A DNA stretch of 63,826 bases, filler included, from Collodictyon triciliatum (GCA_043381765.1; 22 parts of 22 records of this genome joined end to end with filler, not necessarily neighbours in it); one strand, 5' to 3'; shown: positions 1 through 12,711, counted from the whole stretch's first letter. Notes: generated by a model from the sequence alone, not told the origin. Program-made: numbers and translations.

Positions 1-570
1 GCAACGACCTCTCCAGAATGCACCATGTGCCATAGTGGAGATGACTCTATCGAACACACATTTGTGAAGTGCTCTCTTGCTCAAAAAGTGACATAATCTA
101 CCCACAAGATGCTCTCTGAACTTGATTATGCTCCCAACCGACTCAGCGCGTCTGACATCCTGTTTGGCCCACAATACCAAATGACCCACGACTCTAGGAT
201 ACTCTGGACAGTCACAAGGGGACATATGCTGTGGTTCTTATGGAGTGTGCGCGCATTCTCTCGCTGTAATGATTCACCCGAAGGAGAAATCAATGTATCC
301 AGACTGGAAAGCCTCGTGCAATACAGCTTCCTGAACAGTCTGCTGAAACACGCTCGCATCCTCCGGAAATCTGACCGCAAGCGAAGAGAGATGTGTGAAT
401 GTGTCGTGCGATATCTCCCACAGCATATCCAACCCCTGCTACCCACACAGCCAATCAACCAGTTGGGTCGCCCGCCTGACCAACTCGCTATCACAGATTT
501 CTTTCCAGTGCTAGCCTCTCCTCAGTAACGTCGTCTTCTCTTACTCGCGTTTGCTCTCTCCCATGCGCAC
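1..570 (+). mobile_element. 3' end of a non-LTR retrotransposon (L1/Tx1-like ORF2 C-terminus with zf-RVT motif), degenerate
   Basis: Frame 1 reads ATTSPECTMCHSGDDSIEHTFVKCSLAQKV, a CxxC-x8-H-x4-C knuckle. An in-frame TAA at 94-96 follows, then ORF 109-528 (…WTVTRGHMLWFLWSVR…). Closely similar copies occur at 11200-11694 and 38592-38834. Confidence 0.8.
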
Positions 571-737
571 CTAGCTCGCTTCTTGTACGGAAAGATCGGG
601 TCTATTTCAGAATCGACTAAAAGAAAATTCATGAATCCCCTAAAGGTCGGCCTGCGGTCTGAGTGACATTGGGAAGGTAAAAGAAAGGAGGGGACTTTTT
701 ATGGGCGTGTTTCGGGCTGGTGACGGTGTTGGTCCCC

Positions 738-1085
738 CTATTTTTTTTCCGCCCCATGTACATTGCAATATCTTCTCCTGCCTTCGGCGACTTTGAAGGT
801 GCAGCGGTTGCCGTCCTTCTTTATTCCCTGGCATTGCCTGTGGTCATCTTCGGGATCTGGCTTACTCTTGGAACGTTTACCGTCGTCGCTGCTTTGTGCA
901 GAACTGGGTTGGTGAACGTGCACATGAACAACTGGTTTGTACATGATAACTGGTTGAACGGAGCTGCCTCTACTCATGGGAGCAAGAGCATGGGTAGAGC
1001 AGAAGGGTCCACTGCCACTTTGAATATTGGGGCAAGGATATCCATCACGCGTTGTGCCGTTGCAGAGTAAGGCCAACGCGTTCAT
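738..1085 (-). CDS. 115-aa intronless protein with two C-x-G-x4-G-x2-C…C-x2-H zinc-finger motifs (DUF5763/HGGxSTG-like)
   Basis: Motifs CNGTTRDGYPCPNIQSGSGPFCSTH and CQGIKKDGNRCTFKVAEGRRRYCNVHG. Confidence 0.7.
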   Translation of the reverse strand: MNALALLCNGTTRDGYPCPNIQSGSGPFCSTHALAPMSRGSSVQPVIMYKPVVHVHVHQPSSAQSSDDGKRSKSKPDPEDDHRQCQGIKKDGNRCTFKVAEGRRRYCNVHGAEKK

Positions 1086-1833
1086 CCTTCAAATGAGAAA
1101 ATATACCGTTTATTTTCAAGAACGGTAAAAACAAGCAAAGGCTGATGCAAAATGCTGGTTATGTGACCCAGTATTCTCCAATGTTTTGTTATTGGTTGAA
1201 AAACCTACTAGTCGGGCTGTTGAGGAAGCTCTTTCTTCAGCGGCAGTCAGATTCGCAGAGGGAGCTATGCTCTCTTTTTCACTCTCTTTGGTTAGGTAGA
1301 GTTAGCCACTTGATCGGTTTAAACAACTTAAGAAAATTGGCAAAGATAATCTATGTTTTCATGTCTGAAGTTTCAGTTTGCTTGGCCTTTTGTTGATTTT
1401 GTCTGTTGTTTGTGGTAAAAAATTGACGGGGGGTCAACGCGACCGGGATTCAATGGCTCTACTCTGTTCTGCTGCTCTTTGGCTTTTGTTCTTGAGTGAT
1501 TATGTGCTTGTGTTGATAGAAATGTGCCTGTCGAGTGATCTGCTGTGGACTTGTGTACTAATTTGTTTTTTAAAAGCTCGAAACAGGTTTTTTTTTTTTT
1601 CGCACATAAAGCGGTGCTTGTATTTCATATTGAAGGAGAGAAATAGGTTAACTTTGTTTCCTATAATTAATTTTGGTCACACAGGGAATCCGATGCTGGG
1701 GTTAATTGAAATAGTGGTGATTGACTTGACAATTTTGTTTTAATAATTTAAATGCCGAAACACCTCTTCTTAGCAAGTCGCTTTATATACTCTTTATATT
1801 CCTAATGTGGAGGTCCAGATTTAGAAAATAAGA

Positions 1834-1878
1834 TTCCAGAAGGTTCCTTACATATCCGGAAAATATTCTAGAATGTTC
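1834..1878. promoter_or_regulatory. Two perfect three-unit heat-shock-element-like arrays
   Basis: TTCcaGAAggTTC at 1834-1846 and TTCtaGAAtgTTC at 1866-1878. A minus-strand TATATAAA lies at about 1782-1789. Confidence 0.4.
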
Positions 1879-2849
1879 TATCCGCAGTTGGAATTTCAAA
1901 ATTTATTAAATCCGCATTTTGTGAGAAGATGAAATCTTAATACTATTGTGAAATTTTTTTAATCTAAAAGTCTTAGCTGTTAAGCCCGTCTCAACAATCC
2001 TTCAATCAACCATCAGGCAAGTAGTTCCAAAGTAGGTGGGGATGTATGGGAGATAGAAAAAGACAAAACAAGGATAAAGATAAAAGGAAAAAGAGAGGTC
2101 CTTGAGGCTTGATAAGAGACGCATGGATTTCTTTTGGGGACGCGTGATAGTGTCCCGCGAGCATGAGAAAAAAAAAAGGGACGGGTGATATTGATTGGAT
2201 GGAGGAGGGGGAATACTGCTTTGATGGCGCAAGGTGTCGAATAGGATGGTGAAAAGAGAAGTGAGGTTCGTTTGATAACCACTAGGTCGAGTGCAAAGAG
2301 GACTTCTCTGCATGGTTGATTCACCTCCTTCCAGACCGTATTAGGGTCTTTTCAGTAGGGGTTGTCGAAGGGATTTCTCCCTCTTGCTTGCAAAAACTAT
2401 GGCTATAAGATTCCACTCCCTGGTGTCTCTCACAACCAAGGTCGGGAGTTTTGGCTTTGATACCGCAGGTTTTGCAAGTGGATTTGGTCAGCTATTTAGG
2501 ACTCACGTGTCATGAGGTGTTAGCTGCCTGCAGTCTCCCGGCTCAAGGAATCTGTTAGTGGGTTGGTTTGGGGTAGGTTATGGGTATGATGGTCGGTATA
2601 CCCATAGAGGAGGTCAGGACTGATGCGAGGTATCCAGGAAAGGAAGTTTGGTTTCAAATTGTTTTGACACTCGACAGGTTGTGAAAGTGAGCAACATTTC
2701 CCCTCCCTCTTGAATGGCATCTTCAGGAATCGGTCCTGAATGACTGAGGGAGCTGCCAAGATGTAAGGATATGTGTCTTAAAACCAAATGTATCGCAAAT
2801 CCTCCGGGGCGAAGGGAAAGAAAGATTCTTTGAGCCACCCTTCAAGATG

Positions 2850-2949
2850 NNNNNNNNNNNNNNNNNNNNNNNNNNNNNNNNNNNNNNNNNNNNTTAATTA
2901 ATTAANNNNNNNNNNNNNNNNNNNNNNNNNNNNNNNNNNNNNNNNNNNN
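2850..2949. other. Artificial contig-joining linker (N44-TTAATTAATTAA-N44); 21 copies in the window
   Basis: The same 100-bp spacer starts at 2850, 5799, 8747, 11695, 14643, 17590, 20536, 23482, 26428, 29372, 32316, 35259, 37342, 40284, 43226, 46168, 49109, 52074, 55015, 57953 and 60891. TTAATTAATTAA gives stops in all six frames. Confidence 0.98.
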
Positions 2950-3130
2950 AAAAGAGAGAGAAAAAAGAGAGAGAAAAAAGAGAGAGAAAAAAGAGAGAGA
3001 AAAAAGAGAGAGAAAAAAGAGAGAGAAAAAAGAGAGAGAAAAAAGAGAAACGAAAAAAGAGAGAGAAAAAAGAGAAACGAAAAAAGAGAGAGAAAAAAGA
3101 GAGAGAAAAAAGAGAGAGAAAAAAGAGAGA
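2950..3130. repeat. (AAAAAAGAGAGAG)n minisatellite at contig edge
   Basis: Directly visible tandem repeat. Confidence 0.9.
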
Positions 3131-3274
3131 AGAGAGTTGACCTGGTTTTTTTTTCTATCTTGTATATGATATCGAGCCATAGGGTCAATATAATTTGTGC
3201 TTCTTGCAAACTGTTAAGCCCAATATTTTTTAAAATAATAAAATGGTTTGGCGGGTCTGTTTATGGCAGAGGTG

Positions 3275-4497
3275 CTAATCTCTCTGGGCGTTTTTTTGGC
3301 TCTGTAAACTGTAATCAAGGACTAAGATCTGATACCACCAAGCGGGTAATACAGAAAACCAGATATGATACATCGCATGGGAATCCAGATAACCCCATAC
3401 AGGCGGGTAGTCGCATACCTCGAACAGAATACCAACAAGAGTCAGCAAATGATACAGTAAAATCTGTCGACGAAGGGATCTATGCGATATATTTAGGGCC
3501 TTCATTAATGTCTGATGGGATAAGAAAAATAGGGGCAGTTTTATGGAATGTATGTGTTTTTCTCCTTTTGACAAATTACTTATTTGGCTGGTTGCAAGAA
3601 TACCACGTCCAAGAGAATATATGCACAAGTAGAAATATTGCTGCCAATTTCTTGTGATATCCTGCGTGTAAGTTATACACATAAATATGGTGCATGTTTT
3701 GGCATTTAGGGTTGATGCAGATGATTAATACGGTTGATGATGTAATGAAAATAGGCTCAAGCAAAATTGATCGTTTTATACCATAGTCGAATTCTATGAA
3801 TACCATATAATAAATATGGAAGATGTAAAACAAGCAAGAAATCCCGGTTATAATGCGCCAGTATGGCTTGGCTATCTCGAATGCCCTGCATATGGTATAT
3901 TAATATGGTTGTCACCCAGTTTTTTCCGCAGAGCATCAAAGTGGTCAATAAATTAGCGCAGAAAAACATACAGAAAATCAACAAAGCAATGACCCTGATG
4001 AATTCAAACACATCAAGCACATAGGAAAGAACAGGAAACCTGATGAATCCAAACAGAGCCATAAATTGGAGGGATAACATCGCGGAGAAATAGTCCATTT
4101 TTTCTGATAGATATGTTTCTTTTGTGTGTAATGCGAAAGCACAAAGAAAAGCAACGCAGCCAAACAATTCATAGGCAAGGACAAAGTGAGTGTAAGGATA
4201 ATGAGCATCGCTTTTTGGGCCTCTTTGTCGGGTCAGATGTCGGTATCTGATGAATTCTATTCTGCATGTAGGGTGTAGCGATAAGTCATGGAGTTGTGCC
4301 TGGGTTATACATATTTTATTCCGCATATTTTCGGTAAATATAAAACAAAAAATAAATAAAACTGTTAAAAAGGCACAAACAAGTGTCGAATCGCAGAAGC
4401 CAGAGACGCCATTGCGGAAACAAATTCATAAAAGATCCCGACTGGCTGGAATACCCAACGCCCTCCGATTTTAAAGTATTTTGGACGACGGCTCATG
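3275..4497 (-). CDS. PGAP3: PER1/PGAP3 family GPI-remodelling protein, spliced; 5' exons not resolved
   Basis: Exons read KIGGRWVFQPVGIFYEFVSAMAS, LHTKETYLSEKMDYFSAML, FDYG and FEVCDYPPVWGYLDSHAMYHIW, matching Per1 hallmarks (GkWpF…E..S, EklDY, DfPP..G.lDaH.lwH). Confidence 0.85.
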
Positions 4498-6542
4498 CTA
4501 AGTTTACTTTGTTTGCAATACTCTTATTATCTGTTGAGCGCGTCTGAAGCATTGCGTGGGTTATATGATCTTTAAGGAAACCTGAATATAACTACGTGTA
4601 TGCGCTAAGAGAACTAGAGAAAGAGGCCGTATCACTTTGGACACAGAAATGCAGAGAAATCCTGCCCAAACGCAAATGGGGTGGGGCTTTTGCTCCAAAA
4701 ATACACTTTTGAGTCGATATATAATTATAATAATTGTTGTTGTTATTATTATCTCTATTATGTTATTGTCGTGAAGCAATGGCTTAATTAAAATGGTTTT
4801 AATTCACAGTAAAACTCATGCTCATAAAGTCGAGACATAAAAGCAACCACTCATAATCTTGTGTGGATATGTCTGCGCACAACATGTGGTGATGGTGATG
4901 GTGATGGTGATGGTGATGGTGATGGTGGTGGTGATGCGACAATCGAGTGGTTTTGGTCAGGCGGCCAATTATGCACACGTGCATGAGTGCACGAGCTACA
5001 GCCTATTTGGGTCTGCGTTTCTGCATGCATCTGGAATCTGCATTTGGAAGCTTTTCAGAAATTATTTCAATAAAATTTATGTAAATCTGGAAACACTTTC
5101 CCACAGTTCCACTCCCCTTCGCCACGCCGAAGGGTGATTTATTTGTGGCTCGCGCCGTTTACAAGGGCCATAGAAAGATTGGCCAAGCGCCTGCACACAA
5201 CATCTATGCCTCACAGCCAACAAATGAGCTTTCGCTTAGGTAAAATAAGAAAGGATTCACCACCTCTTCAAAAATCCAGTTCGACTCTGTGTGTTCATTT
5301 TTGTCATACTTCCGAATGAGTCGAACGAGAAGAGCCAGCTCCAGCTGTATTGTCTTTACAATAGCAATCGCAGTGGGCGATAATCCTATGGATATGACCG
5401 CCAAAGGATTTAGCCAACATTTTGATTTAAAATCCTTCCCTTTTTCTTTATATTATTTCTGCTCAATGGACGAATAGCGCACATACTCATCGATATACTC
5501 AATCATCAATCCATAGATGCTTAATTGACAAATGAATTACAATAATAGGAACAATCAACTCTGAGATTTATAAAGGAAGATAATAATTGATCAAAAGGAC
5601 TTCAAAACTCAGGCGTAAAAAGAGTCTACTGTTGAGGTTCACTTTGAGCTGATTCGGGCGATAAATTAGAATGTGGTTGAGGAGCGACTGCGGCTGCACT
5701 CAAGGAGGCAGGCACCAAGCTTGGACTCTGTGTCTGGTTTGATTCATAGCATGGGTCACAGACACGAGAAAGAGCCCCGGTCACGTAAAGCTTCTTTGNN
5801 NNNNNNNNNNNNNNNNNNNNNNNNNNNNNNNNNNNNNNNNNNTTAATTAATTAANNNNNNNNNNNNNNNNNNNNNNNNNNNNNNNNNNNNNNNNNNNNTC
5901 TTTTTTTCTTTTTTTCTTTTTTTCTTTTTTTCTTTTTTTCTTTTTTTCTTTTTTTCTTTTTTTCGCGTGTATCTGGCAAAAATTACAATAAAAATATAAT
6001 CCGCTTCCACAATTCAATTGGTTTGGTTCTGTTTGCCTTGTAAACCTGTAAAGAGGATATGACACCGCCGGCACAAAGAGAATCGCCACCAAGGTAAATA
6101 CTTTTTGTTAGCTGCGAAAAGCGTCTCATATATGTGGATATTCTAGAAAGGAAAACAAGTCCTTACATACACCTTGGCTGTCTATTCATATGAATCGACT
6201 GCCCATCCAAGTGTTTTTATTACATAAACTCTCAAGGTAATTTCTTTTACACCGTCTGCCATTTATTTAACTGCTTTTATTGAATTCCAAGAGGGATGTA
6301 GTTAAAAGGGGATGTTTGTCGAGTTGGCTCGATAGCAGTGAGAGGGCCATAGGACAAATATTTATTGATTTAGTTATTTAGTTTGATTCCATGCAAGTCA
6401 AATTAATTTTTTGAAGAGCTTATTTCATGTAAAGTCTGTGTAAAGATATTTGGATAAAAAAAACTAATGGAGGATGACTTTTCAAAGCGATTCAATAGAC
6501 ATTTGGTGCAAGAGTGAATATTTGTTTTTGATTTTCTCAACA

Positions 6543-8418
6543 TTAATTGGAGCCTGAATCACAGTATTGGTTTTCTTCCTCATGATTAAGCAAATATCCG
6601 AATGGCTCGGATTCTGTTCCATCCATTTGAACGCTATCAGCAAAGTTGTCATAGTGAGATTGGGCAGACGGGAACAGTTCCAAGTTGTATCCGAAATCAC
6701 TCTTATCTTTTTCCCATACACCAAAAAAGCTAGCCTCCATCGTTTTCTTGAATGGACTAAACTGATATGGTGGGTGGGCTGCGGGTGCATTCACCAAAGC
6801 ATAAGAAAAAGTGTTTGTGTCACCTCCAGAGATATGTTCCTCTAGAAATATTAAGTGTAATGTTACCAATTGGAAAACAATAGAAGGCTGCAGAACCAAA
6901 TATAAAAAGAAAGCACAAAACAATTCCATTTGCAAAATTTCTTTGCGGTTATTGAGGTTTTAGTATAAAAAGGCATAAATTTATTCATATTCGCTATTGA
7001 ATAATTACCTGTAAATAATTTGTCCATCGAATCAGGAGGAGAACCCGGAATAACAGCACTTCGGTCTTGCGTTTTGCTCAACAGTTTTAGCTTTCTTCTC
7101 TTCCTGGAGGCGTTCACATTTTGCGGTAGCAGAGACTCATTACATGTCCCATCTGGGTTTGTTTCAATTTCATACTCAAATGCTTCTTTGGCAGCACATT
7201 TAATTCTCCTCTGTCTAGGTTTTTGTGCGGTTCTCTCTTCCTTTGTCTTGCCATTTCTAAAAGTTTTTCTATGTTTCTGGATTGTCGGAGCGGAAAACTC
7301 TAGCTCCTCATTTTCACATTCATCACTTTTTAGCTCAAGGGTCACATGACCTAAACCGTATTTCGTCTCGTCCGCGGGCGTTGTATGTATAGAATCTATG
7401 TCGGGTGTAGACTCTCTGGAAAAGATATTCTCCTCGTTTCTGAAGGCTACGATAATATTGTTTGTACTGATAGTATTCTCTTATCTAAAATCAGCGCACA
7501 AAGGGTCTTGGCTTCTTTTTTAAAATAAGAAATTAAATAAATAAATAAAAACTAGAAAGAGCTATTCAATTTTAACCATCGAAAGAATTATACTTTTCTA
7601 AACTGCTTGTCAAGAAAATAATATTATTTGATGAATGCCATCGTTTTGAACTAAACCAATACCAGGAAATAACGCTTCGACTTTGACTCGTTTCAATTCC
7701 TTGGGCTCACAGTCAGAATACCTATTCTTTCGGAGGTAATTGCTGTTATTCTTCCACATACAAGTCCACGTGCCAATACGTCGGGCTATGGCCCTCAGTG
7801 ATTGGAACTCTTTGACCCTGGGTGTTTTACTGACAACCCAGAATGGCGGGAGTGTATATGAAGATACCAATCCACCATCCAAATGCAAGTGAATGTGGAA
7901 ATGGAGAAACCCGTTGTTGTATAAGGGAAACTTCTCGATGTTGCAATTATATGTTTTGCAGCTGGTTTGTTGAATCCCAAACTTCGATGTCTCGAACACA
8001 CTGGCGGAGCGCTTCGCCTTCAAGGAAGTCTAATGCAGGAATGTTGAAAGTATTTTATGTTGATGGAAGAACTGTTTTATGAATCATTTAATATATCGCT
8101 GTCGTTTCTTTTTCTTTTTCTTTTTCTTTTTCTTTTTCTTTTTCTTTTTCTTTTTCTTTTTCTTTTTCTTTTTCTTTTTCTTTTTCTTTTTCTTTCTCAT
8201 ATTGCAATTATATAATCTTAAAGAGCCCACAGAATTTCCCATTTAAAAATGTAAGTAACCATTATTACATATGTAGCATCCTTCTCTCTCAGTCCATTGC
8301 TAATATACTGGCCCTTGTTGTCTACCAGCGAGACTAGGACTGTCAATGACTCTGGAATTAAATCTGGCGGCTCAATGCGAACCGAAACATTCCAAGGTTC
8401 GGTTTCGGTGGTGGCCAT
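6543..8418 (-). CDS. Multi-exon protein, possibly a CudA/p53-like Ig-fold transcription factor
   Basis: Exon FETSKFGIQQTSCK…FLHFHIHLHLDGGLVSSYTLPPFWVVSKTPRVK resembles the F.l.f.l…pf.V.SK end of these DNA-binding domains. Basic NLS-like stretches follow. The 3' end is uncertain. Confidence 0.35.
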
Positions 8419-8639
8419 GCACGGAAAATGGGGGAAAAGAGGCAATCTTGACTCCGTGGCACTATTTGGGTGGGGTGCGTGTGTCCGGGTAACAGAGACA
8501 AAGTACGTGAAACTGAAAGCGGTCAAATCACTTAGTTTTCTTTTCCTCGATTAATGGTGATAGTAAGGGTAGGAAATATGTATTCTGCCAATAGCGATAA
8601 GTCTTTGCGCATTCTTGGCCAGGTTCCTTTTTATTTTTA

Positions 8640-8651
8640 TTATTATTACTA

Positions 8652-8746
<95 letters not shown>
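8640..8746. repeat. (TAT)n/(AAT)n microsatellite; others at about 14573-14642, 18547-18665, 26528-26790, 37160-37245, 46895-46977, 49209-49307
   Basis: Directly visible. Confidence 0.95.
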
Positions 8747-8846
8747 NNNNNNNNNNNNNNNNNNNNNNNNNNNNNNNNNNNNNNNNNNNNTTAATTAATT
8801 AANNNNNNNNNNNNNNNNNNNNNNNNNNNNNNNNNNNNNNNNNNNN

Positions 8847-10074
8847 GATGATGAGACCATAGCATCAGGGATCTTCTTGATAGCAAAGACGCCCTCCTTT
8901 AGCTGCACCTTGTACGCCATCCCGAAGCCGCCCTTGCCCAGGAAGTTCTCCCGCGTCTCAAAGTCCGTGGTTAGCAGGTCTGCATACTTGCCCAGGGTCA
9001 GGCGGCTAGGGGCTGATTTGGTTTGATGTCAGAGGCCGCCTTGTAGGAGTATCAGGGAATGCAAAGGAAGAGGACAATGTTCTCACTTACTTGCTGCTCT
9101 AGCTTCACGGACTTCTTCAGCTTTGCGAGCTTCTACAGGTTTACCAGCTCCTTTCGCATTGTGCACTAATTCGGCTTTGTCGATCTTTGTTAATTTATAG
9201 CACATTAATAGGTAGCAAGGTACGTTTCCGGTTGAATACTTAATTCTGAATAAATCTCATGAGTATCAGGTATGCATTGGGAGGTCACTTGTGAGGAAAA
9301 GCCACATACGTAATCAGTTAATATACTGCGACGAAACTCGTCCAGTGTCGGGCGCTCCTCAGGTGTTTCATTAAGTGCCTTGATCAGCAGCTCTTTCATT
9401 TTCGGATCGGTAATTTTTTTTGTGTCAAAGCGGCGGACTATGGGAATCTTTTTCAAGAGAAGCATCCATAAAATAAGCCCGACTGAGTAAACATCGCTCT
9501 TCTCTCCCGCATAAGAGCCAGAGCGGAACAATTCTGGCGGATCTAACGTAAGGTTTGGTCTTCTAGAAGATGTGCCTTTGCGTTGAAGACTTTCACGGAG
9601 CTTGAGCATCCCAAAATCACGAAGAGCGACACTTCCATCAGCCTTCAGAATTATGTTGTCGGGCTTGATGTTGTAATGATACGTTCCATGAGAGTGTAAA
9701 AATGAAACACCGTCGCAGATCATTTGCACTAATACTTTGATCTTTTCCAGGTCGAAGTTATGCGTGGGAATGATTTCCTCGAGGGTACGTCCTTCGTAGA
9801 ACTCGCGGACGATATGTAAAGTGCCCGCGCTAACATAAGCACCCAGGTAGGATAAAACCCCGCTGTGTCGAGGCAAAGCAACAAGCTTACCGACTTCTTC
9901 CATGATGAGCTCGACATCTTCACGTTTGTGGAGCTGTGATATTTCATATTCTTTGACAGCGACGGTCTGTCCTGTTCTTTTATCTCGAGCTTGGATAATA
10001 CGGTGATCTTCTGCGCCGAATAAAAGATCACCTGGTGTAATGTCAGAGCTTTGGACTTTGACAAATTGCGCCAT
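8847..10074 (-). CDS. Tandem kinase protein: N-terminal pseudokinase followed by the start of a second kinase domain (3'-partial)
   Basis: Domain 1 has VAVK, HYNIKPDN, DFG and SDVYS but no Gly-rich loop. A downstream exon at about 8847-9010 reads FLGKGGFGMAYKVQLKEGVFAIKK. Confidence 0.8.
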
Positions 10075-10149
10075 CCGCTGCCTTCTCTGTTGTGTCGAGT
10101 TTTTGGCGTGGATATTAGTATTATGGCAATTTCTACGATTTATCATTTC

Positions 10150-10435
10150 ATTGTTTGTTTTTTGTTGTTTGTTTTTTGTTGTTTGTTGTTTGTTGTTTGT
10201 TTGTTTTTTGTTTTTTGTTGTTTGTTGTTTGTTTTTTGTTGTTTGTTTTTTGTTGTTTGTTTTTTGTTGTTTGTTTTTTGTTGTTTGTTTTTTGTTGTTT
10301 GTTGTTTGTTTTTTGTTGTTTGTTTTTTGTTGTTTGTTGTTTGTTGTTTGTTGTTTGTTTTTTGTTTGTTTTTTTGTTTGTTTGTTTTTTTGTTTGTTTT
10401 TTTGTTTGTTTTTCGTTTTTTGTTTCTTGTTTTGG
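10150..10435. repeat. Degenerate (TTG/TTTG)n low-complexity tract
   Basis: Directly visible; it produces spurious overlapping ORFs. Confidence 0.9.
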
Positions 10436-11199
10436 TTCTTCTGTTGTGTTGCGTCCTTGCTGCAGGTGGATACTGTTGTGGTGGGAGTGCAATAACAAAA
10501 ATGACAAGAAGGAAAGGTAAAATGTCTTTATAGAGGTGAATCAGGGAATGATTCAAACGTGAATTCCCTATTGTGGATTTCATCCCTCGATTGATGTGGG
10601 TCTATTTGATGTCTACTATACATATTTGTCAAGATTGCTTTACATGGTATCAGAAAGCCGGTGCGTAAAAAGAAGACACAAAACAAGTTGTGCCAAAAGA
10701 GTGAAAAGATTGTCGATATCTCAAGCTTAAAAAGTTTGCGAGTTTGTTGGATAATGTCTTTGCAATATTTCTCATTACTGAAATCGACAATCATAATCAA
10801 GTCGTACAATCAGCAAAATCACACGAAAGCACTTCGGGTTGGTACTGATTTATTTTTTTTTGGTCGTAGCGGTTTGTGGTAGAAGTAAGAGACACGACTT
10901 AAGTTTTTGATTTGATGTTGAACCCTTAAAATCTCCATGTTCCTAAACAAAGTAAATTAAAAAGTACCCCGAAATAAAAAAATAACAACATCGCTACAAA
11001 TGGTCGATAGAAAGCAGAAGGCAGGTATCCTTATGATTCTGAAAATATACATGTCCATTAGTCATTTGTAGATTATTACAGGAAATAAAATGTTGATGAT
11101 AGAAATATTAAACTTTTCCAACCAATATTATACACAGTTTAAAAGACAGACACAAATGATAATCATCAGCTCTGCACATTTTCCTGCTCATGCTCCCTT

Positions 11200-11694
11200 C
11201 ATGTTTGATTCAAAGTGCAGCGACGTTATGCCATACAAGGGGTGATATAGGCGCGCATGGTGGAGAGCAAACGCGAGTGGGAGAAGACACTACCGAGAGA
11301 GGCTAGCACTGGAAAGAAATCAGTGATAGCGATTTGGTCAGGTGGGCGTCCCAACCGGTTGATTGGCTGCGTGGGTAGCAGGGGTTGGATATGCTGTGGA
11401 AGATATCGCACGACACATTCCCACATCTCTCTTCGCTTGTGGTCAGAGTAGCGAAGAATACGAGCGTGTTTCAGCAGGCTGTTCAGAAAGGTGTATTGCA
11501 CGAGGCTCTCAAGCCTGGCTACATTGATTTCTCGTTCTGATGAATCATTAGAGCGAGAGAATGCGCACACACTCCATAAGAACCACAGCATATGTCCCCT
11601 TGTGACTGTCCAGAGTATTCTAGAGTCGTGGGTCATTTGGTATTGTGGGCCAAACAGGATGTCAGACGCGCTGAGTCGGTTGGGAGCATAATCA
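11200..11694 (-). mobile_element. Second LINE copy (ORF2 C-terminus plus 3' UTR), cut by the contig end
   Basis: ORF 11226-11636 aligns residue by residue with ORF 109-528. It carries the 3' end motif GATTCAAAGTGCAGCGA (+ strand). Confidence 0.85.
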
Positions 11695-12711
11695 NNNNNN
11701 NNNNNNNNNNNNNNNNNNNNNNNNNNNNNNNNNNNNNNTTAATTAATTAANNNNNNNNNNNNNNNNNNNNNNNNNNNNNNNNNNNNNNNNNNNNTGGCCG
11801 CGCTGCCTTCGTGAAGCTGTTTGATGATGCAGAAGCCTTTCTGGTTGTCCCAGCATATTTGTCCTGCTGCCAATGGCTCGTTCAGGGGTATTGTCATTTC
11901 GCAGTGAGTATACAGAATCTGCCAACGCGAAAGCAAAGGCTCTGATGTTTTTGGAATAAATCTAAGGTTTATTCAAGCTTACCAAATAGCATATGAAAAT
12001 TTGTTTTATCACAATATCCACATTTGAAATAGAAAATACTTGATATAACTAAATTACTGTTTTGTGTACAAAATCTTCCTATCGAATTATATAGGTCACG
12101 ATATGACGTCATCATGTCAGAACTGATACAGCTCAATCAAAATCTTCACTGCACGAAGTTTTGATTCATAGCAACCCTCCAAAATATGTGATATAAAAAT
12201 GAACAAATGAATGCGCTGCTGCACTCGAAAAAAGTGTCACACTACCGTGGGAGAGAAAGACTTGAATGCAAAATGGTCAAAGAAATCCCGGGATAATGCA
12301 ATCATGGCAATACATAAAGGTAAGCAAACCAGCATAAATGAATTGTTGAATCAATTTCCCTAGAATGGGCAGGTAGAGCGAAGAAATCGGTTGGCACTAT
12401 CTTCGAGGACAGACATGTCTCGTATCAGAGTAAAAACAAACACAGAATCTGTTCCATTCAAGACATGATATCTTCACTGTATAGACATCCATACATTAAT
12501 GGAAAAGAAAAGAGAAAGAGAATGACGGACATAGACTTGGACAAAGTATTTCCTGACCGCACTTACAGAAGCTCCTGTTCTGTCCACAACGCCACCCCGT
12601 AACCAATATTCACAAATAAAAAACTTTATCTACCAATTCTCCACTCTGTTTGCTACTTAATTGCTTTGAGAAATGGCAAAATAATAGTCCATAAAAGCCT
12701 AAAAATAATTC

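Noticed and set aside
94-96. In-frame TAA as evidence of a non-standard genetic code
   Set aside because: RPS5, the HD hydrolase and other genes end in TAA and conserved exons have no internal stops, so TE decay is the simpler explanation.
2000-2849. Possible second degraded retroelement or pseudogene on the minus strand
   Set aside because: It looks coding-like with stops, but has no recognisable motif or second copy in the window.
10040-10583. Overlapping FVC-rich and KQTN-rich ORFs (also poly-I/N/Y/H ORFs elsewhere)
   Set aside because: Microsatellite artefacts that lack stop codons.
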